From the NCBI GenBank assembly GCA_001898255.1, contig MKTK01000010.1, positions 95,896 to 159,895 on the forward strand: DNA of 64,000 nucleotides, in the 5' to 3' direction. The notes under the pieces are model-generated. The model saw only the letters and a program-made list of their open reading frames with translations, did not search any database and had not been told where the DNA came from. Both the position numbers and the translations under genes were made by a program. Below, in pieces: positions 19,156-29,215 of the stretch; within the stretch, counting starts at the first letter, position 1; each line of letters opens with the position of its first letter. The DNA comes from Chryseobacterium sp. 39-10. GTDB taxonomy: Bacteria > Bacteroidota > Bacteroidia > Flavobacteriales > Weeksellaceae.

Positions 19156-21561
19156 ATGACAGAATTCGAAGACCTTAATCTGGAAGAAATCATGGGTGAT
19201 GGTTTCAGTGTAATGACTGAAGAAATCAACCTCAAAGATTTTACCGAAACCAGCGAAAACAAAGTTCAAAAAGTATTTCCGATTCTTCCCGTTAGGAACA
19301 TGGTCATGTTTCCCAAAGTGGTGATTCCGATTACCGCTGCGCGAGAAATGTCGATAAAATTATTAGAAGAAGCCCAGAAAGCAGGGCAATTCATTGGCAT
19401 CATCAGTCAAAAAAATCCGGAACAAGAGAATCCAAATTTTAAAGATCTTTACCAGGTAGGTACATTGGCAAAGGTGGTGAAGATCATCAAACTCCCAGAT
19501 GGTAATACCACTGCAATAACAAAGGGTTTTCAACGGTTCAAGGTGAAAAACTTTACCGAAGCCACACCTTATTTTAAAGCCGAGATTACCAAACTCAAAG
19601 ATGTATCACCCAGAGAAAAGGAAGAATATACCGCTTTGCTGGAGAACATTAAGGATCTTGCGCTACAGATTATTGAGCTTGATCCCAATATTCCCAGCGC
19701 CGCAAATTTTCCCATTAACAACATCAGTGAGCATGAGGATTTACTGAATTTCATTTGCACAAATGCTAATTTTAAATCCACAGACAAACAGAAATTGCTT
19801 GAAAAAAGGAATTTGCTGGATCGAGCCGAATGCTGTTATTCCTTGATGTTCGACAACTACCGAAAACTTGAACTGCGGAGCCAAATTCAACAAAAAACCA
19901 ATAAAGAACTCGACAAGAACCAGCGTGAGTATTTCCTCAATCAGCAAATGCGCACCATTCAGGAAGAGTTGGGTGGCGGGCCAGAATCTGATGTCGACGA
20001 GCTTATGGAAAAAGCTAAAAACATAACGTGGAGTGAGGACGTGGACGCTTTGTTTCAAAAAGAGATCAGCCGATTGCAGCGACAAAATCCCAGTTCGCCG
20101 GATTATAATGTACAACGCAATTACCTCGATTTTTTCACCGATTTACCTTGGCAAAAATATTCAAAGGATATTTTCGACATCATTCGTGCTGAGAAAGTTT
20201 TGGACAAGGATCATTTTGGCCTCGAAGATATCAAGAAGAGAATCCTGGAACACATGGCGGTGCTGAAACTTAAAAATAACATGAAGTCTCCCATCCTCTG
20301 TCTTGTTGGTCCTCCAGGAGTCGGTAAAACCTCATTGGGAAAATCAGTTGCTGATGCATTAGGCAGAAAATACATTCGTGTTTCATTAGGCGGGCTGCAT
20401 GATGAGTCTGAAATTCGTGGCCACCGCAAAACCTATATTGGCGCAATGGCGGGAAGAATTCTGCAGTCCATCAAAAAAGCGGGAACCTCCAATCCTGTAA
20501 TTGTGTTGGATGAAATTGATAAAATTGGTCAGGGAATGCACGGCGATCCCAGTTCAGCGTTGCTAGAAGTACTCGACCCAGAACAGAACAGCTCCTTCTA
20601 CGATAACTTTTTGGAGATGGGTTACGATTTGTCCAAGGTAATGTTTATTGCCACGGCCAACTCTCTTTCCACCATTCAGAGACCGCTCTTGGACCGAATG
20701 GAGATCATAGAAATTGCAGGTTATACCCTGGAAGAGAAGGTGGAAATTGCCAAACGCCATCTTATCAGAAAACAACAAGAAGAAAATGGTCTTGATGCAA
20801 AATCGTTTAAACTCGGTGCGCCAGAATTAAAACATATTGTTGAAGCGCATACTTCGGAAAGCGGCGTTCGTGGACTCGAGAAAAGAATAGCTTCCATCGC
20901 AAGATGGGTTGCACTTCAAACGGCGATGGAAAAAGAGTATGACAGCAAAATATCCATTGCCAAAATTGATGAAATCTTAGGAGTGCCCCGACCAAAAAGC
21001 TTGTCCGAAATTACCGGTGTTCCGGGTGTTGTAACCGGCTTGGCTTGGACGCAAGTGGGTGGTGATATTCTGTTTATCGAAAGTATTTTGAGTGAAGGAA
21101 AAGGAAACCTTACGATGACCGGTAATTTAGGAACTGTGATGAAAGAATCGGCTACCATTGCATTGGAATACATCAAGGCAAAACACCAGGAGTTGGGCAT
21201 TTCGACGGAAGACATGCAGAAAAAAAACATCCATGTCCACGTTCCGGAAGGAGCCACGCCAAAAGATGGACCTTCTGCAGGAATTGCCATGCTGACGTCG
21301 ATGGTATCAAGTTTTAGAAATAAAAAGGTAAAACCTCACCTCGCCATGACGGGCGAAATTACCCTGCGCGGAAAAGTGTTGCCAGTTGGTGGAATTAAAG
21401 AAAAATTGCTTGCCGCTGCAAGAGCCGGCATTAAAGAAATTATTCTGTGCGATGCAAACCGTAAAGATGTGGAAGAGATCAAGAAAGATTACCTTAAAAC
21501 ATTGCATATCAATTATGTAAGCCGTATGAGCGAAGTGATTGACTTAGCGTTAGAAAAATAA
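19156..21561 (+). CDS. lon: Lon protease
   Basis: GPPGVGKTS Walker A and PKDGPSAG catalytic Ser motif. Confidence 0.98.
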   Translation: MTEFEDLNLEEIMGDGFSVMTEEINLKDFTETSENKVQKVFPILPVRNMVMFPKVVIPITAAREMSIKLLEEAQKAGQFIGIISQKNPEQENPNFKDLYQVGTLAKVVKIIKLPDGNTTAITKGFQRFKVKNFTEATPYFKAEITKLKDVSPREKEEYTALLENIKDLALQIIELDPNIPSAANFPINNISEHEDLLNFICTNANFKSTDKQKLLEKRNLLDRAECCYSLMFDNYRKLELRSQIQQKTNKELDKNQREYFLNQQMRTIQEELGGGPESDVDELMEKAKNITWSEDVDALFQKEISRLQRQNPSSPDYNVQRNYLDFFTDLPWQKYSKDIFDIIRAEKVLDKDHFGLEDIKKRILEHMAVLKLKNNMKSPILCLVGPPGVGKTSLGKSVADALGRKYIRVSLGGLHDESEIRGHRKTYIGAMAGRILQSIKKAGTSNPVIVLDEIDKIGQGMHGDPSSALLEVLDPEQNSSFYDNFLEMGYDLSKVMFIATANSLSTIQRPLLDRMEIIEIAGYTLEEKVEIAKRHLIRKQQEENGLDAKSFKLGAPELKHIVEAHTSESGVRGLEKRIASIARWVALQTAMEKEYDSKISIAKIDEILGVPRPKSLSEITGVPGVVTGLAWTQVGGDILFIESILSEGKGNLTMTGNLGTVMKESATIALEYIKAKHQELGISTEDMQKKNIHVHVPEGATPKDGPSAGIAMLTSMVSSFRNKKVKPHLAMTGEITLRGKVLPVGGIKEKLLAAARAGIKEIILCDANRKDVEEIKKDYLKTLHINYVSRMSEVIDLALEK

Positions 21562-21595
21562 TTGCCACCTTTTCTAAGGAAGGATCACTACCCCT

Positions 21596-21632
21596 AAAAA
21601 AGCGATTGAGTGGAATACTGAATCGCTTTTTT
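21596..21632 (+). terminator. lon terminator
   Basis: AAAAAGCGATT/AATCGCTTTTT stem. Confidence 0.85.
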
Positions 21633-21711
21633 ATGCCACTTCTATGCCTCTTTCTCCAAAAAAAGTAAAATACGAAGCAGGCAACCCTCCATTTTTTTGT
21701 TTCTTTGTGTT

Positions 21712-22821
21712 ATGAAAGAAATTAAACTTCCATTTCTTGTACAGCTTACTTTGGTACTTATCAGCGCTTTAGCGTTGGGATATTTGGCTTTTATCGGTAA
21801 AACCATTTTGGCGCCGCTGTTTTTTTCATTTTTAATGGCGCTGCTTTTTCTGCCTTTTTCTAATTTTTTAGAGCGTCGGCTTAGGTTCAGCCGTGCCATT
21901 TCCACTTTCATGTCGGTCCTGATTATGACGGTGGCCTTATCCGGAATTTTTTACTTCTTTGTGGCGCAACTCAGCGATTTCAGCGAAGATTTCCCACAAT
22001 TGCAAAAGCAAGTGACGCATTCACTTTACGAACTTCAGATCTGGATCTCCAAAACGTTTAACCTCAATATCAGTAATCAGTGGAAATACATTAATCAGGG
22101 ATTGGAAAGATTGCTCTCATCCACTGGTGTTATTCTGGGATTCACGGTTTCTATGTTTTCTTCGTCATTGGCTTTTGTGGCTTTCAGTTTATTATTTTTC
22201 ATTTTTATCCTTAATTACAGACGCATTCTTTACCAGTTTATCGTTTCGGTTTTTAGTGAGAAACATTCTTCGAAGGTGCACGAAGTAATGGCAGAAATAC
22301 AGCGCATCATTAAATCTTATATTGTAGGTTTATTCATTCAAATTATTATTGTTGCGGCATTGACAAGTGGTTTGCTCTCTATATTGGGTGTAAAATATGC
22401 CATTCTAATTGGCGTTTTAACTGGTTTGCTAAACGTTATTCCGTATGTTGGGATTTTTATCGGTTGTATAGTTGCAGCGCTTATTTCGTTTGCTACAGGA
22501 AGTTCTTCTACGCTTTTTGTATTGTTGGGTTACGTAGGAATCCATGCCATTGATGCTAATATTACGCTGCCACTGGTGGTGGGATCCAAAGTGAAAATCA
22601 ATGCTCTTTTTACTTTTATCGGTTTGTTGGCGGGCGAAGCGCTTTGGGGAATTTCCGGAATGTTTCTCAGCATACCTTTCCTTGCTATTTTAAAAATTGT
22701 ATTAGAAAAAGTGGACGGGCTGGAACCTTGGGGAAAACTGCTGGGCGAAGAAAGCCGGAAAAACAGAAACCGTAAAAAATACAAAATAACCAAGAACATC
22801 ACCTTGGAAGAGAAAGAATAG
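21712..22821 (+). CDS. AI-2E family transporter
   Basis: Multi-TM, LNVIPYVG and WGISGMFLSIP motifs. Confidence 0.9.
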   Translation: MKEIKLPFLVQLTLVLISALALGYLAFIGKTILAPLFFSFLMALLFLPFSNFLERRLRFSRAISTFMSVLIMTVALSGIFYFFVAQLSDFSEDFPQLQKQVTHSLYELQIWISKTFNLNISNQWKYINQGLERLLSSTGVILGFTVSMFSSSLAFVAFSLLFFIFILNYRRILYQFIVSVFSEKHSSKVHEVMAEIQRIIKSYIVGLFIQIIIVAALTSGLLSILGVKYAILIGVLTGLLNVIPYVGIFIGCIVAALISFATGSSSTLFVLLGYVGIHAIDANITLPLVVGSKVKINALFTFIGLLAGEALWGISGMFLSIPFLAILKIVLEKVDGLEPWGKLLGEESRKNRNRKKYKITKNITLEEKE

Positions 22822-22982
22822 ACCAACGAATGTCATAAAATCTTAATACGTAGAATATTTTTCGTCCTTTTATTTTTCAGTAAATTTGCATTTCTAAAAT
22901 TTGAAGCATGACACTTCAAATATTTTCTGCTCCTGAGCATCTCCGGACGGAAATCATTGTTAAACAACATTAATTATTGGAA

Positions 22983-24623
22983 ATGTTCCCAAAAATAAAT
23001 CCTACACAAACACAGGCTTGGCAAGCACTTACTGCCCATTTTGCACAAAACGACTTCGAACTCAGAACGCTGTTTCAATACAACCCGGATCGCTTTCAAC
23101 AGTTTTCCGTACAAAGAGAAAACTACCTTTTCGATTACTCCAAAAATTTAATCGATGATACCACTTTTGAGCTGCTTTTAAAACTGGCGGAAGAATGTCA
23201 ACTCAAGGAGGCGATCAATGCAATGTTTAGCGGGGAGAAAATAAACGAAACCGAAGGAAGAGCTGTTCTTCACACCGCGTTGCGAGATTTTTCTCCCAAC
23301 CCTATTTTGGTAGATGGTGAGAATATTAAACCCAATATCAAAAGAGTGTTGGATCACATGAAGACTTTTTCTGAAGAAGTAATTTCTGGATCCCACAAAG
23401 GATTTACGGGTAAAGAAATCACAGATATTGTCAACATTGGCATTGGAGGATCTGATCTTGGACCCGTGATGGTTTGTTCCGCGTTAAAACATTTCAAAAC
23501 CCGTCTCAACGTGCATTTTGTTTCTAATGTTGATGGCAATCATATTGCGGAAACAATTAAAACGCTCGATCCAGAAACTACATTATTTATCATAGCATCC
23601 AAAACTTTTACCACCCAGGAAACCATGACCAATGCGGAGTCTGCAAAAGCATGGTTCTTGAAAAGTGGTGAACAGAAAGATGTGGCCAAACATTTTGTGG
23701 CTTTATCAACCAATATAGCTTCTGTAAAAGATTTCGGAATTGCAGAAGAGAATATCTTCGAATTCTGGGATTGGGTAGGCGGAAGATATTCGCTTTGGAG
23801 CGCAATTGGCCTCAGTATTTCACTGGCAGTGGGATATGATAACTTCGAAGAACTTTTAAAAGGGGCTCATGAAACAGATGTTCATTTTAAAACGGCAGAT
23901 TTCAACAAAAATGTCCCTGTATTGATGGCGCTTCTTGGAGTTTGGTACCGAAATTTCTTCGATGCCGGCACTTATGCAATTCTACCTTACTCCCAGTATT
24001 TAGATCGTTTCCCAGCGTATTTACAACAGGGCGATATGGAAAGCAACGGGAAATGTGTTGACAGAAATGGTGAGTTTGTGGAATATGAAACCGGCCCAAT
24101 TATCTGGGGAGAACCTGGAACCAACGGTCAACACGCATTTTATCAACTCATTCATCAGGGAACGGAATTGATTCCGGCAGATTTTATTGCTTACGTCAAC
24201 TCACCCAACCACGTATCGGATCATCAGGAAAAATTACTGGCTAATTTCTTTGCTCAGACTGAAGCGCTGGCCTTCGGAAAAACTGAAGAAGAAGCAAAAG
24301 CAGAACTGCAGCAAGCTGGTAAAACTGAAGAACAAGTGGTGCGGTTGCTTAATTATAAAGTCTTCCACGGAAACACACCCACTAATTCATTACTCATCAA
24401 CGACTTAACTCCTTTTTCACTCGGTCAGCTTATTGCTCTTTATGAACACAAAATCTTTGTTCAGGGGATTATTTGGAATGTCTTTAGCTTTGACCAGTTT
24501 GGCGTGGAATTAGGAAAAGTACTGGCTGGGAAAATCCTGAAAGAACTTGAAAATGGCGGAACAGTGTCGGACCATGACTCCTCTACCAATGGCTTAATGA
24601 ATTATTGGCTGAATCACAAATAA
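22983..24623 (+). CDS. pgi: Glucose-6-phosphate isomerase
   Basis: [19 protein letters not shown] and [10 protein letters not shown] motifs. Confidence 0.98.
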   Translation: MFPKINPTQTQAWQALTAHFAQNDFELRTLFQYNPDRFQQFSVQRENYLFDYSKNLIDDTTFELLLKLAEECQLKEAINAMFSGEKINETEGRAVLHTALRDFSPNPILVDGENIKPNIKRVLDHMKTFSEEVISGSHKGFTGKEITDIVNIGIGGSDLGPVMVCSALKHFKTRLNVHFVSNVDGNHIAETIKTLDPETTLFIIASKTFTTQETMTNAESAKAWFLKSGEQKDVAKHFVALSTNIASVKDFGIAEENIFEFWDWVGGRYSLWSAIGLSISLAVGYDNFEELLKGAHETDVHFKTADFNKNVPVLMALLGVWYRNFFDAGTYAILPYSQYLDRFPAYLQQGDMESNGKCVDRNGEFVEYETGPIIWGEPGTNGQHAFYQLIHQGTELIPADFIAYVNSPNHVSDHQEKLLANFFAQTEALAFGKTEEEAKAELQQAGKTEEQVVRLLNYKVFHGNTPTNSLLINDLTPFSLGQLIALYEHKIFVQGIIWNVFSFDQFGVELGKVLAGKILKELENGGTVSDHDSSTNGLMNYWLNHK

Positions 24624-24651
24624 TAAAATACAGCACCTAAAATCATAAATA

Positions 24652-25536
24652 ATGGCACAGATTCTAGACGGACTTCGGCTCTCGGCTGAAATTAAAAAAG
24701 AAATTAAGCAAGATGTTGATAAAATCATCAGCACCGGAAAAAGAGTGCCTCATCTAGCGGCAATTTTGGTGGGCAACAACGGTGCAAGCAAAGCATACGT
24801 CAACAGCAAGGTGAAAGATTGTGCAGAAGTTGGTTTTAAATCTTCGCTCATTAAATTCCCAAGTACCGCCTCCGAACCTGAGCTGCTCGAAAAAATTAAG
24901 GAGCTGAACGAAGATCCTGAGGTGGATGGCTTTATCGTACAGCTTCCGTTACCAAAACAGATGGATCAGGAAAAAGTGATCATGGCCATCAATTCTCATA
25001 AAGATGTGGATGGTTTCCACCCTGAAAATTTCGGTCGTATGGCTTTGGAAATGAGCACTTTTCTTCCTGCAACGCCTTTTGGAATCCTCACTTTATTTGA
25101 AAGATACAACATTGAAACCAAAGGAAAACACTGCGTCATAATTGGCAGAAGCAGAATTGTAGGCCGCCCCATGAGCATCTTGATGGGTCGAAAAGATTTC
25201 CCTGGAAATTCCACGGTGACATTAACTCACAGCTATACGCCGCATGTGGAAGATTTCACCAAAAATGCAGACATTGTAATTACCGCTTTGGGCGACCCTC
25301 ATTTCCTTAAAGGTGATATGATTAAAGAAGGTGCCGTAATCGTAGATGTAGGAATTACCCGTGTTGATGACGATTCGGAAAAAGGATACCACCTTGCCGG
25401 TGATGTCGATTTTAATAGCTGCGCAGAAAAAGCAAGTTGGATCACCCCTGTTCCCGGCGGTGTAGGCCCCATGACCAGAGCCATGCTAATGAAAAACACT
25501 TTGCTGGCGTACAAACATACCATTTATAAAGACTAA
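24652..25536 (+). CDS. folD: Methylene-THF dehydrogenase/cyclohydrolase
   Basis: KDVDGFHP, PATP and PVPGGVGPMT motifs. Confidence 0.98.
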   Translation: MAQILDGLRLSAEIKKEIKQDVDKIISTGKRVPHLAAILVGNNGASKAYVNSKVKDCAEVGFKSSLIKFPSTASEPELLEKIKELNEDPEVDGFIVQLPLPKQMDQEKVIMAINSHKDVDGFHPENFGRMALEMSTFLPATPFGILTLFERYNIETKGKHCVIIGRSRIVGRPMSILMGRKDFPGNSTVTLTHSYTPHVEDFTKNADIVITALGDPHFLKGDMIKEGAVIVDVGITRVDDDSEKGYHLAGDVDFNSCAEKASWITPVPGGVGPMTRAMLMKNTLLAYKHTIYKD

Positions 25537-25545
25537 CCATTTTTA

Positions 25546-26178
25546 ATGACAAAAGAAGAAGAAAACATAGCATTACAACAAGGTAAAATGCTCCCGGTAA
25601 TGGAGCATTTTTATACTTTACAGGGCGAAGGTGCGCACACCGGTAAAGCGGCCTATTTTATTCGGCTTGGAGGTTGCGACGTGGGTTGCCACTGGTGCGA
25701 TGTCAAAGAAAGTTGGGATCCTAACCTTCACCCTTTGATGAACGCTGAGGAAATTGCGGAAACCGCTGCAAGGCACTGCAAAACAATTGTTTTAACCGGT
25801 GGCGAGCCATTGATGTGGAATTTGGATATTCTCACAAAAAAACTGAAGGAATTGGGTTGCCAAATCCATATCGAAACGTCGGGCGCTTACCCGCTAAGCG
25901 GCACGTTGGACTGGATTACACTATCACCAAAAAAAACAGGTTTACCCCAGGAAGAGATTTACGCCAAAGCCAGCGAACTGAAAGTGATCATTTTCAACCA
26001 GCACGATTTTACCTTTGCGGAAGAACAACGAAAAAAAGTGTCAGACCACTGTAAGCTTTATCTGCAAAGCGAATGGAGCAAGCGTGAACACATGTATCCG
26101 CAAATCACGGATTTTATTTTGGCTCACCCCGAATGGCAAGCATCGGTTCAAACGCATAAGTATTTGAATATTCCATAA
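25546..26178 (+). CDS. queE: 7-carboxy-7-deazaguanine synthase (radical SAM)
   Basis: TLQGEG, CDVGCHWC, LTGGEP and QTHK motifs. Confidence 0.92.
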   Translation: MTKEEENIALQQGKMLPVMEHFYTLQGEGAHTGKAAYFIRLGGCDVGCHWCDVKESWDPNLHPLMNAEEIAETAARHCKTIVLTGGEPLMWNLDILTKKLKELGCQIHIETSGAYPLSGTLDWITLSPKKTGLPQEEIYAKASELKVIIFNQHDFTFAEEQRKKVSDHCKLYLQSEWSKREHMYPQITDFILAHPEWQASVQTHKYLNIP

Positions 26179-26211
26179 TTTGTGCTACATTTACGATTCC
26201 GATAAAAAGAA

Positions 26212-27585
26212 ATGCAGAAACTTCGATTTTCGCGATATTTCAAAGTTATTTTTATACTCCTCGATATCATCGTCATCGCAGGAGTTTTTCTATATTTCTT
26301 TTTAAAAAACAACGAGTTTAAATACGACCATGATATTTGGGAACAAAACATGCTGTCCTTGGCTCTGCTGGGCTTTTTTTGGATTCTTTTAAGCGGCAGA
26401 ACGCGGCTATACTCCATTCCTCGTAACTTAACGTACACCATTTATCTGGAACGTCTGGTGACGCACATTTTCATCTTTATTTTTGGCGTTGTATTGTTGG
26501 CCAAAGTGAGCAACAACAGCTTTCTGAAAGAAGATCGGTTTATGATTGCGCTCAGCTTATTGTTGCTTTTGTTTATACTAAAATCTTTGCTCTTCTTTAC
26601 GCTTAAATATGTCAGAACTTTGGGAATTAACCACCGAAATGTCATGTTTTTGCGCGAAGATTCTTCCACTGAAATATTGAGAAATATCCTGAACGAAAGG
26701 AAAGATTATGGTTTTAAAATTTTTGATTATCCTGACGAAAAGAAAATTGATTTCGAGAAACTGACCCTATTTTGGGAAGAAAATGGCATCCACACGATTT
26801 ACCTATCGAACGAAGCTGTCTCATTACCAAAAAATGAGGAACGGGAACTTTTTCGGCTTGCCGATTTGCACAAGATTAAAATATCGCTCGTTCCCAGCAT
26901 CCTGAAAAATAACTTTTTCCAGTACGACATTGCATACATTGAGACTCAACCTATTTTGGTGCGTGCCAAATTTCCTTTAGATTTTCTTACCAATGCTGTT
27001 CTCAAGAGAACCTTCGACATCCTCTTTTCCATCGCCGTTTTAGCAGGTGTTTGCAGCTGGCTCTTTCCTATCATCGCTTTGCTGATTATGATTGACAGTA
27101 GAGGTTCGGTTTTCTTCCTTCAAAAAAGGTATGGCTACCATGACCAGGTTTTCAAATGTTTCAAATTCAGAACGATGTATGTGAACAGTGATGCCGCGAA
27201 TAAAACTACCGAACACAACGACAAACGCATCACACCATTAGGAAAATTTCTGCGAAAAACCAGTATTGATGAACTTCCTCAATTCATCAATGTGCTGATA
27301 GGTGAAATGTCGGTGGTGGGCCCAAGACCTCACATGCTTCTGGTGGACGATTTCTATAAACCAAAAATCGGAAGATATTTTGTGCGAAGCATGGTAAAAC
27401 CTGGAATTACAGGGCTGGCTCAGGTAAACGGACTTCGGGGAGATTTTGGCGATATGAATATTGAAATGCACAAAAGAATTCTTGCGGATGCATTTTATGT
27501 AAAAAACTGGACCATCAGTTTGGATCTTGTCATCATCCTCAAAACCATTTTTCTGGTAGTGCGCGGCGATAAAAATGCCATATAA
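26212..27585 (+). CDS. Undecaprenyl-phosphate sugar phosphotransferase (WcaJ-like)
   Basis: KRTFDI, FKFRTM, DELPQFINV and VKPGITGLAQV motifs. Confidence 0.92.
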   Translation: MQKLRFSRYFKVIFILLDIIVIAGVFLYFFLKNNEFKYDHDIWEQNMLSLALLGFFWILLSGRTRLYSIPRNLTYTIYLERLVTHIFIFIFGVVLLAKVSNNSFLKEDRFMIALSLLLLLFILKSLLFFTLKYVRTLGINHRNVMFLREDSSTEILRNILNERKDYGFKIFDYPDEKKIDFEKLTLFWEENGIHTIYLSNEAVSLPKNEERELFRLADLHKIKISLVPSILKNNFFQYDIAYIETQPILVRAKFPLDFLTNAVLKRTFDILFSIAVLAGVCSWLFPIIALLIMIDSRGSVFFLQKRYGYHDQVFKCFKFRTMYVNSDAANKTTEHNDKRITPLGKFLRKTSIDELPQFINVLIGEMSVVGPRPHMLLVDDFYKPKIGRYFVRSMVKPGITGLAQVNGLRGDFGDMNIEMHKRILADAFYVKNWTISLDLVIILKTIFLVVRGDKNAI

Positions 27586-27936
27586 AGCATAATGAAATGA
27601 CCTGATTCAGCGTGTTAAGAATGATTACTATCTGCTTTTCTCGGAGTTATGGCTTTAATTTCTCCTTATAATAATCCCAGATTTTTTGACGATTTTTAGC
27701 GGAATGATGCTTGTTGATTGAATTTTATTCACTCTTAGGATTTCCAAAAACTTTCCTGAAAATAAGAAATTTTGCCTATTATTTCACTGTCATACCCTAA
27801 AATAGGTTGACTTTTTTGGGTTAAAAATAAGGTTTAGCTTAACGATCTAAAAGTAGAAATTTTTTGACAATGACAGCATAAAGTAAGAAGTTTATGAGCA
27901 GCTTCGGCGAAATAGGCCAAATACTTCAACTTGCAA

Positions 27937-27970
27937 TTTCTCCCGCAATTTGCCAATACATGTTAGCAGA
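27937..27970 (-). repeat. attC-like half-site (copy 2)
   Basis: 32/34 identical to 28961-28994; on the minus strand it begins TCTGCTAAC 6 nt after the stop of 27977-28426. Confidence 0.8.
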
Positions 27971-27976
27971 TGGTTT

Positions 27977-28426
27977 TTAATGAATTTTAGAAAAATATCT
28001 TCTGATAATGTCAGTTTTTCCGTCATTGTCAACATCTTGAGATCTGTCTTCAAAAACCAATTCATTTTCTGTTAGTTTTGTTATAAAATAGGGATAATCC
28101 TGCTCATTTTCATACCAAAATTTCATATTGGCTTTGTCAAAAGTATAATTTCTTGAACTTACTTCTCCAGTTAATTGACAACTAGAACCAACTATTCCGT
28201 AGAAAGTTGATTTATGTACAGTTCCCAAAAATTCGTGAATTGATTTTTTATCACAATCACTCTTTTCAATTGTTTGAGTTTGATTAGTTGCGGACTTAAC
28301 GGCATCCACTTTTTGAAAACTCCATTTCCCAATTAAACTTGCCTCGATTTGCTGATTTCCATTTTCGTCACTTCTGCAAGAAGTGAAGATAAAAAACGCA
28401 GGTAAAATTATAAGTATTTTTTTCAT
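27977..28426 (-). CDS. Lipocalin-like lipoprotein (cassette cargo)
   Basis: Lipobox FTSC, LIGKW and ITKLTENELV motifs; AT-rich. Confidence 0.8.
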   Translation of the reverse strand: MKKILIILPAFFIFTSCRSDENGNQQIEASLIGKWSFQKVDAVKSATNQTQTIEKSDCDKKSIHEFLGTVHKSTFYGIVGSSCQLTGEVSSRNYTFDKANMKFWYENEQDYPYFITKLTENELVFEDRSQDVDNDGKTDIIRRYFSKIH

Positions 28427-28770
28427 TTTCCGACAGGTTCATTTTTAATATATGCAGGAAGTATAATTGCAATGGTAATTCCACCAACAATTAAAGGAAT
28501 TGTTTTCCCTGCACTAAATTTTAAAACTTTATTGATGCTATTTTTTTCGATTTGAATTTCTTTTCCTTCTTGATTTCCAATGATTGAATTGTCATCATTT
28601 CCTAAATATTCAAATTGTCTTATTTTATTTCCGTCTTTGGTTTGAATGATATATTTTGAATTTGTTTTCAAGACAGAGTAATCGTAGTTATTCTTGGAAC
28701 TGACTTTTGTGGAAACACATGCGTTTAAAAATAGAACACTGGAAAATAATATTAACGCTTTGATTTTCAT
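28423..28770 (-). CDS. Hypothetical lipoprotein with C-terminal TM helix (cassette cargo)
   Basis: Lipobox LNAC; ATGA overlap with the next gene. Confidence 0.78.
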   Translation of the reverse strand: MKIKALILFSSVLFLNACVSTKVSSKNNYDYSVLKTNSKYIIQTKDGNKIRQFEYLGNDDNSIIGNQEGKEIQIEKNSINKVLKFSAGKTIPLIVGGITIAIILPAYIKNEPVGK

Positions 28771-28796
28771 TTATTTGACTGATTCTTGAAAAGCTT

Positions 28797-28994
28797 TCTG
28801 CTAACGGAAAAAGTATTGGCGAAGTGTGGGTTTAATTTGAACGAATATTCAAGTTCATACCGAACGGAACCGATGCTTTTTTAATGAAACTAAGTTATCA
28901 AAAAAATGTGAAATTGAAAAATATTGGCGGCTAAATATTTCTAATTTTTTGATTCAACACTTTCTCCCGCATTTTGCCAATACATTTTAGCAGA
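28797..28994 (-). repeat. Full attC-like palindrome (198 bp)
   Basis: Terminal TCTGCTAAC/TTTAGCAGA boxes plus 18-bp arms 28813-28830 and 28966-28983. Confidence 0.8.
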
Positions 28995-29215
28995 AGGCGT
29001 CTTTTATTCTTGTGCTCCTTTTAGGCCAATTAATTCAAGATTTGGTGGTAGATAAACACAACTATACGAAAGTTTTCACACCTACAATGAGAATAACATG
29101 TATAACTTAATCCATTGTATATCAGTAAATAATAGTTATTTTCTCGATTCGCATTTTGTGTTTAACAGAAATAAAATGCCATATTTGTTTGGTAATAGTT
29201 AATCCGTTTTGCGCC

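Noticed and set aside
22908-22973. 21-codon uORF in the pgi leader
   Set aside because: No motif or biased composition; expected by chance without conservation data.
27590-27830. Possible further cassette gene remnant (...KNRQKIWDYYKEKLKP*, minus strand)
   Set aside because: Short, bounded by stops, and no attC-like box follows.
27937-28994. CRISPR array or IS element
   Set aside because: Only two 34-bp copies 1 kb apart with genes between them; no cas gene, transposase or target-site duplication.
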